A DNA stretch of 64,000 bases from Alkalispirochaeta sp. (GTDB lineage Bacteria; Spirochaetota; Spirochaetia; DSM-27196; Alkalispirochaetaceae), in NCBI GenBank assembly GCA_965242725.1, contig CBDESZ010000009.1, forward strand, positions 12,096 through 76,095, in the 5' to 3' direction. Within the stretch, counting starts at the first letter, position 1. Every line of letters begins with the position of its first letter. Under the pieces are notes generated by a model, which did no database searches, was not told the origin of the DNA, and saw nothing but the letters and a program-made list of their open reading frames with translations. Position numbers and translations under genes: made by a program. Shown piece by piece: positions 1 to 8,655 of the stretch.

Positions 1-1617
1 CCGCTGTGCCGTCGCCCGGACCGTGTCGGTCCATGAGAGGAAGCGGTCGAGCTCTTCGCTTACTTTCGGTTCGATCACCGGCATTTCTCCGGCAAAGACT
101 TCACCGGTGGAGCCGTCGATGGTGATGAAATCCCCTTCCTTGTACTGCGTCCCACCGACATTCATGACTTTGTTGCCTACCTCGACTGCCTTACAACCGG
201 CGACACAGGGCGTACCCATACCGCGGGCGACAACGGCGGCGTGACTGGTCATACCACCGGTGGAGGTGAGAATACCTTCGGCTGCATGCATACCGCCGAT
301 ATCCTCAGGGCTCGTCTCCCGGCGAACGAGGAGCACTTTCTTGCCCTTCTTCACCCACTCTTCCGCGTCATCGGCGGTAAAGACGATCTGACCCGCCGCG
401 GATCCGGGCGAGGCGTTGAGGCCTTTTGCGATGGCCTTGTTCTTTTTCTTGGCCAGCGGATCGATCATGGGATGAAAGACCTGGTCCAGCTGCTGCGGAG
501 TTACCCGGGTGACCGCCTTTTCCTCATTGATCACCCCTTCGTCCACCATGTCCACGGCGATCTTAATGGCCGCCGCACCGGTGCGTTTTCCGTTCCGGGT
601 CTGGAGGATGTAGAGCGAACCCTGCTGAATGGTGAACTCCATGTCCTGCATGTCCTGGTAATGCGCTTCCAGCTTGGCACGAACGTCGTCGAGTTGCTGG
701 TAGATTTCAGGACTCTGGTCGGCAAGGGTGGACAGCGTCTTCGGTGTTCTGATACCGGCGACAACGTCTTCACCCTGGGCGTTCATGAGGTACTCACCGT
801 AGAAGACTTTTTCGCCCGTAGAGGGATCCCGGGAGAAACAGACTCCCGTACCTGAATCATCGCCCAGGTTGCCGTATACCATGGAAACGATGTTGACGGC
901 GGTCCCGATCAGTCCCTTGATATCGTTGATCTTGCGGTAGGTGACCGCCTTGGGGTTGTTCCAGCTGCCGAAAACGGCGCCGATGGAGTCCCACATCTGC
1001 TTCACCGGATCCTGGGGAAAATCCTCACCGGCGGCTTTCCTGTAGATTTTCTTGTATTCCTCGGTCAATTTGGCGAGGTCCGACGCATCAAGGTCGGTAT
1101 CTTCCTCCACGCCCTTCGCCTTCTTCGCCGCTTCCAGGGCGTGCTCATAGGGCTCAATGGAAGTACCCTTTACGACGTCGCTGAACATCTGGATAAAGCG
1201 ACGATAGGCGTCCCAGGCAAAGCGCTGGTTTCCGGAAACTTCAGCAAGTCCCTTTACCGCCTCGTCGTTCATACCAAGGTTGAGAACGGTGTCCATCATG
1301 CCCGGCAGTGACTCCGCCGCGCCGGACCGGACCGATACAAGAAGGGGGTCCTTGGCGTCTCCAAGTTTCTTCCCCATGAGTTTCTCCAGTCTTCCGAGAT
1401 GGTCCATGACCTCTTTCTCGAGACCCTGGGGATACTCATTTCCATTCTTGAAATATTCATCACACGTCTCCGTCGTGATGGTGAAACCAGGAGGAACGGG
1501 AACGCCGATGCTCGACATCTCGTGCAGGTTTGCACCCTTTCCGCCCAAGAGCTGTTTCATCTTGGCCGAACCCTCAGCTTTTCCGTCTCCAAAGAAATAG
1601 ACGCGCTTAGTTGCCAT
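1..1617 (-). CDS. ppdK: Pyruvate, phosphate dikinase (5' part; runs off window start)
   Basis: Not in ORF track because it has no stop in the window. Manual translation from ATG at 1617 gives MATKRVYFFGDGKAEGSAKMKQLLGGKGANLHEM...VPPGFTITTE, LLVSVRSGA...MPGMMDTVLNLG and the phospho-His motif TGGMTSHAAVVARG. Confidence 0.96.
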   Translation of the reverse strand, partial: MATKRVYFFGDGKAEGSAKMKQLLGGKGANLHEMSSIGVPVPPGFTITTETCDEYFKNGNEYPQGLEKEVMDHLGRLEKLMGKKLGDAKDPLLVSVRSGAAESLPGMMDTVLNLGMNDEAVKGLAEVSGNQRFAWDAYRRFIQMFSDVVKGTSIEPYEHALEAAKKAKGVEEDTDLDASDLAKLTEEYKKIYRKAAGEDFPQDPVKQMWDSIGAVFGSWNNPKAVTYRKINDIKGLIGTAVNIVSMVYGNLGDDSGTGVCFSRDPSTGEKVFYGEYLMNAQGEDVVAGIRTPKTLSTLADQSPEIYQQLDDVRAKLEAHYQDMQDMEFTIQQGSLYILQTRNGKRTGAAAIKIAVDMVDEGVINEEKAVTRVTPQQLDQVFHPMIDPLAKKKNKAIAKGLNASPGSAAGQIVFTADDAEEWVKKGKKVLLVRRETSPEDIGGMHAAEGILTSTGGMTSHAAVVARGMGTPCVAGCKAVEVGNKVMNVGGTQYKEGDFITIDGSTGEVFAGEMPVIEPKVSEELDRFLSWTDTVRATAQR

Positions 1618-1691
1618 CGTAAGATAACCCCCGATACTGTATTGATTTGTTGATTGTGATAGGTAGTTTCACTTTGAAGCCCAAACTATAG

Positions 1692-1732
1692 AAAAAAAGC
1701 CCCGCTGTCAACGTTCAATTGACCGCGGGGCT
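1692..1732 (-). terminator. Intrinsic terminator downstream of the sigma factor gene
   Basis: Stem AGCCCCGC..GTCAA/TTGAC..GCGGGGCT followed by T7 on the minus strand, 13 bp after the sigma stop. Confidence 0.8.
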
Positions 1733-1745
1733 CGTGTGGACGCCG

Positions 1746-2630
1746 TCAGGCGATATATGCTTCCAGATATTGCGCCCGATTGGGGTGCTGCAACCGCCGG
1801 AGCGCCTTTTTCTCGATCTGTCGGATACGCTCTTTTGTGAGACTGTAGCGGTCGCCGATCTCCTTGAGTGAAAGGGGACTCCGCCCGTTCAGTCCGAAGC
1901 GGAACTGTATGATTTCGGCTTCCTTCTCGGTGAGTGTGGCGAGCACTTCGTTGATATCGTCCTTCAGTGATCGTTCAATGGTGAGCGTTTCCGGCTGGAC
2001 GTAATGCCGGTCTTCAATAAAATCACCAAGTACTGACGAGTCCTTTTCGTTGTACACCGGTGTCTCGAGGGAAACGAGATCCCTGGAAATGTTGACCAGA
2101 TCGGCAACGTGTTCAGGTGTCATTTCAAGGGTCCGCGCGATTTCCCGGATTTCAGCCTCTTCGCCTTTGGAACCGGTAATTTCTTTCCGTACCTTCTCGA
2201 TCTGGACCAGTTCGTTGGCGCGATTCAGGGGCAGTCTGATCATGCGTGATTTTTCGCAAATCGCCTTCAGGATCGCCTGTCTGATCCACCACACCGCGTA
2301 GGAAATAAAATGGTATCCCTTGTCCACGTCAAATCGCTCAATGGCATTCATCAATCCGATGTTGCCTTCGCTGATGAGGTCGGACAACGGCAGTCCCTGA
2401 TTCTGATACTTCTTTGCGACATTCACGACAAACCGAAGATTCGCCTGGATGAGCGCATCCTTCGACTCCTGGATCCCTTTGGCTGCTCGACGGGCGTGAT
2501 AGTCTTCCTCATCTCTCGTCAAAAGGGGTACCTTGTTGATTTCTTTGAGGTACATCGAGAGCACATTCTCATCGTCACTCCGGTGAGTTGATGTGCGTAC
2601 GGGACGAGATTTTGTTGCAGTTGCGGCCAT
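1746..2630 (-). CDS. RNA polymerase sigma-70 family factor, RpoS/group-2-like (no region 1.1)
   Basis: Region 1.2 (YLKEINKVPLLT), region 2 (ANLRFVVNVAKKY, DLISEGNIGLMNAIERFD, FISYAVWWIRQAI), region 4 (LTKERIRQIEKKALRRL); 294 aa. Confidence 0.92.
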   Translation of the reverse strand: MAATATKSRPVRTSTHRSDDENVLSMYLKEINKVPLLTRDEEDYHARRAAKGIQESKDALIQANLRFVVNVAKKYQNQGLPLSDLISEGNIGLMNAIERFDVDKGYHFISYAVWWIRQAILKAICEKSRMIRLPLNRANELVQIEKVRKEITGSKGEEAEIREIARTLEMTPEHVADLVNISRDLVSLETPVYNEKDSSVLGDFIEDRHYVQPETLTIERSLKDDINEVLATLTEKEAEIIQFRFGLNGRSPLSLKEIGDRYSLTKERIRQIEKKALRRLQHPNRAQYLEAYIA

Positions 2631-2653
2631 TGGTTACCTCCACACATAATAAA

Positions 2654-2668
2654 GCAATGACCGTGCCA
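2654..2668 (-). promoter_or_regulatory. Sigma54 (RpoN) -24/-12 promoter of the sigma factor gene
   Basis: Minus strand reads TGGCAC-GGTCA-TTGC, an exact TGGCAC-N5-TTGC match, 23 bp upstream of the ATG (SD GGAGGT). An AT-rich tract lies further upstream. Confidence 0.85.
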
Positions 2669-2887
2669 ACCTTTTCGCCGACAGTATTTTCTCGATATTT
2701 ATTTATACAGTAATGATTTAACAGTCCTTTGCAGTTTAATGCGATTGGTGGTGCGACCTCCGATTGAGTCATTCCGACACGAATTAGTAATCATTCCGAA
2801 AAAGAGGGCGAAAATGCCCCATATTTCCCGTCGATGCCGCATCTGCGGGTCACAACGATGAAAGGACGACACATTTCAACGTTTTTC

Positions 2888-2916
2888 TTGACCGCAGGAG
2901 ACGTGATCGGTATATT
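2888..2916 (+). promoter_or_regulatory. Sigma70-type promoter of groES
   Basis: TTGACC-17bp-TATATT upstream of the AGGAGG SD and the groES ATG. Confidence 0.65.
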
Positions 2917-2972
2917 TGCCGCGGATTATCTCCACAAACAACACACAGTGAAATTCATATTAGGAGGACAGC

Positions 2973-3242
2973 ATGACTGTTAAACCGCTAGGTGATCGTG
3001 TACTTGTAAAAATGGAGCAGGAAGAGGAAAAGACAAAGGGTGGCCTGTTTATTCCGGAAACTGCTCAGGAAAAGACCCAAATCGCTTCGGTAATCGCCGT
3101 GGGAGACGATGAAGAGGAGATCAAGGTGAAGCCGGGCGACCGCGTTATGTTTGATAAATATGCGGGAACGACCGTAAAGATCGACGGTGACGATCATCTC
3201 ATTCTCTCAATGGGCGACATTCTCGCGGTGATTTCCGACTGA
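2973..3242 (+). CDS. groES: Co-chaperonin GroES (Cpn10)
   Basis: VKPLGDRVLV, EEKTKGGLFIPETAQEK, VIAVG, GDRVMFDKYAGT; AGGAGG SD. Confidence 0.97.
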   Translation: MTVKPLGDRVLVKMEQEEEKTKGGLFIPETAQEKTQIASVIAVGDDEEEIKVKPGDRVMFDKYAGTTVKIDGDDHLILSMGDILAVISD

Positions 3243-3261
3243 GACCACGCCGTTAATCCGG

Positions 3262-3291
3262 AAAAGACCGCCTTTCGGCGGTCTTTTTTTT
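3262..3291 (+). terminator. Intrinsic, probably bidirectional terminator between groES and the DinG-like gene
   Basis: AAAAGACCGCC-TTTC-GGCGGTCTTTT followed by further T residues. Confidence 0.9.
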
Positions 3292-3318
3292 CAGCAGGCC
3301 CTTTGCTTACCTGCGGTT

Positions 3319-5766
3319 TCACCGCAGCCGCTCCATTCTTCCGATATGCTCCCGTACCTCTTCTTCGATCTCTTCACCCGATGCGATGAGCGGACGCGCC
3401 GGAGGGAGACTGTTCCAGAAAACCCGGCCGTAGCTCTTCTTGACCATACGGGGATCGGTGACGACGACCACCCCGTAGTCGTCCCAGCGCCGCATGAGCC
3501 GTCCGAAACCCTGCTTCAGTCGTGTCACCGCCTGGGGCAGGCTGAATGATGAAAAGGCGTTCCCCCCTCGCCGCTCCACCGCTTCTGCCCGCGCCTGCTG
3601 TACCGGATCGGTGGGAACCCGGAAGGGCAATCGACAGACTATTACCAGTCTCAGCGTCTCCCCGGGTGCATCAACTCCCTCCCAGAAACTGTCCGTCGCA
3701 AAGAGGACGCCCCCGAGTTCACGCTGGAACCGGTCGAGCAGACGCCCCCGATCATCGGTTCCCTGTCGATAGCAGGGATATCCCCGCGATTCCAGGAGGG
3801 GTGCGGTTTCCTCGAAAAGTTCGATCATTTGACGATAGGAGGTGAAAAGAATAAGGGCGCCGCCCCGGGAGGCGTTGACCAGTCGCTGAATCAACGTTGA
3901 GAGATACCGATCGTATCCCTCTTCATTGGGAAAGGGCGCGTCCAGAGGTACAGAAAGGAGCACACGCGAGGCGTAGTCAAAGGGAGAGGGGTACTGATGC
4001 GCGTCGGTGCGTTCATCATCAAGGGGTACTCCGATGCGGTCTGCCCAGAACGTAAATGATCCGTTGACGGCGAGAGTGGCGCTGGTAAGGACGACCGTCG
4101 CATACCGCTGAAACAGCGCTTCTTCCATGAGCGCGCTCAGGTCAAGAGGCGTGATGACGACGGAAACCCATCCACGCCCCCTCTGATCGCGACGTTCTTC
4201 GAACCAGAAGACCGACTCTTCGTCGTGTTCGCCGTCACGAAAGCGGAGGAGAACTGCGGCGATACGCTCTATGCGATGGGTGACGGCCACCCATTGTAGA
4301 AAATTGGGATCCTCCCGATAGACGTCATCCACTTCCCTGGAAACTTTCGTCATTCGGGCGGCCAACATCATGAGCGCACCGTGCATCTCCGTCATAAGAT
4401 CGACAAGACTGTTCCTGAAGGCAGCCGCCGTATCGTCCGTCAATCGCCACGAACCGGTTCCCGCAATAAACCCGACCAGACGTTCATTGAAGGTTTCTCC
4501 CTCTTTTCTGGTTCTCTCTATTTCCGTCTCAACCTGACGCAGTGCGTCGGGGGAGACGTTCAATCCGGGCATTCGTTCCACAAGTCCAAATCGTCGGGTC
4601 CCCCGCCTGCGAAGAAGGCGACCCAGTTGGCGGTTTATGGCGTGGTAACTCATCGTCTCGGAGAAAAAAGACGTCGCGGCACGCTCGAGATTGTGGGCCT
4701 CGTCAAAAATGATCCGTTGAAACGCCGGCAGGACCGCCGTGCCCTCCCACCCTGCTCCGGCATTCCGTATCGCCAGATCGCTGAAAACGAGATGGTGGTT
4801 TGCCACAAGAATCTGTGCGGCTGCCGCTTCCCTCCGCGCCTTCAACACAAAGCATCGTTCCCTGTTTGGACACCGGGCTACGGAACAGCTGTCGACCTCG
4901 CTGTTGATTTTCCCCCACAGGTCATCGGTGACAAAGACGGGAGCGTCGCTCCGGCTTCCGCTCGACGTCGTTTGTGCCCAGTCACCTATTGCCCGTATCG
5001 TTTCGTCGTCGTCAAAGAGGGAGGTCTCCTCCTGGAGCTCCTGCAGACGCCTTGGACACAGGTAATTGCCCCGTCCCTTTACGAGAGCCGTTTTCACCGT
5101 TGTACCGAGAAGGCGCTGTACCGTTTTCAAATCCTTGTCGATGAGCTGCTGCTGAAGATTGATAGTTGCCGTGGCTATGACAATTCGCTCTCTGTTGCGG
5201 GATGCCCAGGCCACCGCCGGGATAAGGTACGCATACGACTTCCCCACTCCCGTTCCCGCCTCGGCAGCGACGATCCTGTCTTCATTCAATCCGGTTGCGA
5301 CGGTCCGCAGCATGGCGACCTGGCTTGGGCGTTCCCTGAACTCCGGAAGAAGTTCCCCGATTTTCCCGCCCTCCTGCAAAAATGCAGCGAGTTCATCGCC
5401 GTCTATCTTCTCAATGACTGCAGGCGGAAGGGGTTCCACAAGGACATATACATACTCAACGTCGTTGTCCACGACGGCTGAGCCGATGCCGGTCTGCGCG
5501 AGATACGCTGAAACTTCCACATCCGCGTCGCTCGGTGTCAGCTTTCCGCTCGGATGGTTGTGTATAATGATGTCGCCCCGTTCGCAGAACTCCATCGGTG
5601 CGGCCACGGACGTTTCGTTACCCCGGGCAAATACGTCGACGGCGACGACCATTCCGTCCCGGTCCAGGCGCCCTACAAAGAGGATTTCCTGACCGCGGGC
5701 ATCTTCAATTTCCCGCCGCATTTCTGCGATAACGTCCTGCGTAAAGAGGCTGGATGTTGATGTCAC
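3319..5766 (-). CDS. DinG/YoaA-family Fe-S helicase with N-terminal JAB/RadC-like domain
   Basis: Walker A EAGTGVGKS, Fe-S cysteines (YLC...CSVARCPNRERC), IFDEAH, TSATL, FWEGVD, QGFGRLMR; N-terminal HNHPSGKLTPSDAD motif. Confidence 0.9.
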   Translation of the reverse strand: MTSTSSLFTQDVIAEMRREIEDARGQEILFVGRLDRDGMVVAVDVFARGNETSVAAPMEFCERGDIIIHNHPSGKLTPSDADVEVSAYLAQTGIGSAVVDNDVEYVYVLVEPLPPAVIEKIDGDELAAFLQEGGKIGELLPEFRERPSQVAMLRTVATGLNEDRIVAAEAGTGVGKSYAYLIPAVAWASRNRERIVIATATINLQQQLIDKDLKTVQRLLGTTVKTALVKGRGNYLCPRRLQELQEETSLFDDDETIRAIGDWAQTTSSGSRSDAPVFVTDDLWGKINSEVDSCSVARCPNRERCFVLKARREAAAAQILVANHHLVFSDLAIRNAGAGWEGTAVLPAFQRIIFDEAHNLERAATSFFSETMSYHAINRQLGRLLRRRGTRRFGLVERMPGLNVSPDALRQVETEIERTRKEGETFNERLVGFIAGTGSWRLTDDTAAAFRNSLVDLMTEMHGALMMLAARMTKVSREVDDVYREDPNFLQWVAVTHRIERIAAVLLRFRDGEHDEESVFWFEERRDQRGRGWVSVVITPLDLSALMEEALFQRYATVVLTSATLAVNGSFTFWADRIGVPLDDERTDAHQYPSPFDYASRVLLSVPLDAPFPNEEGYDRYLSTLIQRLVNASRGGALILFTSYRQMIELFEETAPLLESRGYPCYRQGTDDRGRLLDRFQRELGGVLFATDSFWEGVDAPGETLRLVIVCRLPFRVPTDPVQQARAEAVERRGGNAFSSFSLPQAVTRLKQGFGRLMRRWDDYGVVVVTDPRMVKKSYGRVFWNSLPPARPLIASGEEIEEEVREHIGRMERLR

Positions 5767-5842
5767 CCGCTGAGTGTACCATCACGACGGTGGATGCAAA
5801 ACGGTAGGCAGGACCCTTTCTTTCCGGTACCATAGTATCATC

Positions 5843-6223
5843 GTGTGGGAACAATTAGAGACTCTGGTCAAATCATGGATTAATTCTCGATTTGAGAACC
5901 AGGAGGTGGACAATGAAGCGTGGAATGAACTGGAAGACTATCTACGGCGTGCACCTGATCCCGGCAATTCCGGCCCCTCACGATACGCCCCCGCGGCTCG
6001 ATCCGCCTCCGACATCCCGCAGAAAATTCGACAGGCCTATTTTGACCTGGAACTCACACCGGGCGCGCCCCACGAAGAAATCAGGACGGCGTACCGCAGA
6101 CTGTTACGGGCGTACCATCCCGACCGCTTTCACAACGACCCGGAACGTGCTAAAAAGGCCACGGAGATTATCCATAGGGTGACACTGGCATATAAGCAGT
6201 TGAACGATTACTATCGAACGTAG
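5843..6223 (+). CDS. Small protein with C-terminal DnaJ J-domain
   Basis: YFDLEL...IRTAYRRLLRAYHPDRF with the HPD motif. Start set at GTG 5843; the ORF track starts at 5774. Confidence 0.8.
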   Translation: MWEQLETLVKSWINSRFENQEVDNEAWNELEDYLRRAPDPGNSGPSRYAPAARSASDIPQKIRQAYFDLELTPGAPHEEIRTAYRRLLRAYHPDRFHNDPERAKKATEIIHRVTLAYKQLNDYYRT

Positions 6224-6234
6224 AGGAGGCACCT

Positions 6235-7302
6235 ATTTCAACTCGCATCGTCGTCATTTGCCTTGCCGCCGTTGTAATAAACGTACTCGTCATTCCCATC
6301 ATTATGCGCTTTGCCCATAAGTATCGATGGTACGATGAAAAGGGACAGCGCAAAATCCATACCGTCGATACTCCGCGCCTCGGAGGCGTCGGGATTTTCG
6401 TTTCCTTTTTTGTTGCGGCGATGATTGGATTCTACTTTGTTGCAGGTCCGGAACATATAGCGCTTTGGACCAAGGAACGGATCGCGCTGCTGATTATCGG
6501 TATGGCCGTCATGCACGGTCTTGGCATATATGACGACTTCGTCAATCTCCGTGCTCCCCTCAAGTTCCTCATACAGATCATCTCGGCGGTAATCGTCGTC
6601 TTCTCCGGTGCGTTGATCCAGTCAATCGCCTTTCCCCTCATAGGCGTCGTCCACCTTCCAACGTGGCTTGCCGTCCCGGCTACGGTTATCTGGATCGTTT
6701 CAATTGCCAACGCGGTCAACCTCATTGACGGCGCCGACGGCCTTGCGGCGGGATACAGCGGGATCGCAGCTTTTTTTATGGGAGTCATCGCATTCGGTGA
6801 GGGAAATCTGCTCACGGCGATACTCGCGTTCGCCCTGGTAGGCAGCCTCATCGGATTTCTGATATTCAATTTTCCACCGGCGAAGATTTTCATGGGCGAC
6901 GGCGGCTCGCTCTTTCTCGGGTTTTTCCTGGCGGTCCTTCCCGTCGTTGGATTGAACGGACGGAACGTCGAGAATCAGGCGATTTTCCTCGTCGTACCGA
7001 CGTTGAGCCTTCTCTATCTGCCAATCATGGATACCATTCTGGCCATTATTCGTCGATCGTTGCGGGGACTCCCCGTACATTCACCAGACAGGGAACACAT
7101 ACACCATCGGCTGATTGACAGGGGTTTCATCGGCAGGAGACTGATCGCCGTGATCTACAGCGGGAGTATCCTCTTTGGCCTGGCAGGCATGAGCTGGTTT
7201 ACTCTGCCCGGTCCGTACGGATCGTTGCTGAACGTTGGACTGTGGATTCTGGTGACGGTGATTCTCGTGAGAATCGGAAAGACAAAAAGCGTAAATCCCT
7301 GA
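6235..7302 (+). CDS. MraY/WecA-family glycosyltransferase (undecaprenyl-phosphate GlcNAc-1-P transferase-like)
   Basis: TPRLGG, GIYDD, NAVNLIDGADGLA, FNFPPAKIFMGDGGS, PDREHIHHRL. Start uncertain: ATT at 6235 follows a strong SD, first ATG is at 6304. Confidence 0.88.
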   Translation: MSTRIVVICLAAVVINVLVIPIIMRFAHKYRWYDEKGQRKIHTVDTPRLGGVGIFVSFFVAAMIGFYFVAGPEHIALWTKERIALLIIGMAVMHGLGIYDDFVNLRAPLKFLIQIISAVIVVFSGALIQSIAFPLIGVVHLPTWLAVPATVIWIVSIANAVNLIDGADGLAAGYSGIAAFFMGVIAFGEGNLLTAILAFALVGSLIGFLIFNFPPAKIFMGDGGSLFLGFFLAVLPVVGLNGRNVENQAIFLVVPTLSLLYLPIMDTILAIIRRSLRGLPVHSPDREHIHHRLIDRGFIGRRLIAVIYSGSILFGLAGMSWFTLPGPYGSLLNVGLWILVTVILVRIGKTKSVNP

Positions 7303-8655
7303 CTACTCTTCCAGTCCGTATTCCGCAATTTTACGGTGCAGCGTCTTCCGGCCGATCCCGAGTACTTCAGCGGTCCGCGTTTTATTGCCGTTCTGCAACG
7401 CAAGGGTGCTGCGGATGATCTCCCGTTCCGCCTCGTCGAGGCGGCTGCCAAGGGCGATTTGTATCGTGTCGTCACCGTCCCCTTCCCGATTGATCGTCGG
7501 AGGGAGGTCATCAAGGGTGATGATCGGTCCCTTCGCCATGACGACGGCACTTTCAATGCTGTTTCGTAATTCCCGGATATTTCCCGGCCAGTCGTAATTG
7601 TTCAGAGCCGCCCGTGCCCGTGGTTCAATCCCCTCCACCTGCTTGCCGTTCTCATTTGCAAACTCCTTGATAAATGCGGCACACAGGAGCGGGATATCTT
7701 CTTTTCGTTCCCGCAGAGCGGGCACATGGATATTCACCACGTTCAGACGATAGTAGAGATCTTCCCTGAACGTCCCTTTGTCTATTTCCGAGCGCAGGTC
7801 ACGATTGGTGGCGGCGATGATGCGTACATCCACCTTCACCGTCTCTTCGCCACCGACACGTTCAAATTGCTTTTCCTGCAGGACTCTCAGAATTTTTATC
7901 TGGACACTCTGGTTTATCTCTCCGATTTCATCCAGAAAAATCGAACCGGTATTGGCCAGTTCAAAACGCCCGCGTTTGCGGCCGATTGCACCGGTGAATG
8001 CGCCTTTTTCATGACCGAACAATTCGCTCTCCAGAAGGGACTCCGTCAATGCCGCGCAATGCACTTTTATGAACGGATTGTCTCCCCTGTCGGAAAGACG
8101 GTGGATCGCGTCCGCAATGAGTTCCTTCCCGACGCCGCTTTCTCCCGTTATGAGCACCGACGCCTTTGTCGGAGCAACCTGGCGCACCACATCCATGACG
8201 TGTTGAAGGGCGGAGCTTGTTCCCACGATTGAAAAGCGACCGCGCTGGTTTTCAAGTTCATGTTGCAGGCGACGATGCTGGAGCACCAGCTCCCGATTGG
8301 ACAACGCCCGCTTCGCAAGGAGGGAGAGGCGGTCAAGGGAGACGGGCTTTGTGAGAAAGTCGTAGGCTCCGTCCCGCATCGCCTGTACGGCCGTTTCAAT
8401 CGTTCCGTGCCCGGTCAGGATGATTACCGGCACGGTGGGATAGTGGTCGACCACGTGACGCAGGAGCTCCTCACCGGAAACCCGCGGCATTTTGAGATCG
8501 GCGATGACCAGATCTACCTCTTCATTCTGAATGACATCGAGCGCTTCCTGTCCGTCCGCCGCCAGGAACGTGTTGTACCCGTCCAGCTCGAGGGCGCGGC
8601 CCAGACCGGCACGAATGTTTTTCTCGTCATCGACAATCAGTACATTAAACGTCAC
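7303..8655 (-). CDS. NtrC-family sigma54-dependent response regulator (Rrp2-like)
   Basis: REC domain (LIVDDE, DLKMP), AAA+ domain GESGVGKE, ESELFGHEKGAFTGA, WPGNIREL, Fis-type HTH. Confidence 0.95.
   Translation of the reverse strand: MTFNVLIVDDEKNIRAGLGRALELDGYNTFLAADGQEALDVIQNEEVDLVIADLKMPRVSGEELLRHVVDHYPTVPVIILTGHGTIETAVQAMRDGAYDFLTKPVSLDRLSLLAKRALSNRELVLQHRRLQHELENQRGRFSIVGTSSALQHVMDVVRQVAPTKASVLITGESGVGKELIADAIHRLSDRGDNPFIKVHCAALTESLLESELFGHEKGAFTGAIGRKRGRFELANTGSIFLDEIGEINQSVQIKILRVLQEKQFERVGGEETVKVDVRIIAATNRDLRSEIDKGTFREDLYYRLNVVNIHVPALRERKEDIPLLCAAFIKEFANENGKQVEGIEPRARAALNNYDWPGNIRELRNSIESAVVMAKGPIITLDDLPPTINREGDGDDTIQIALGSRLDEAEREIIRSTLALQNGNKTRTAEVLGIGRKTLHRKIAEYGLEE

Noticed and set aside
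1655..1676. TTGTGA...TCACTT upstream of ppdK as a Rex or CRP site
   Set aside because: The half-site spacing is about 3 bp too long for either consensus.
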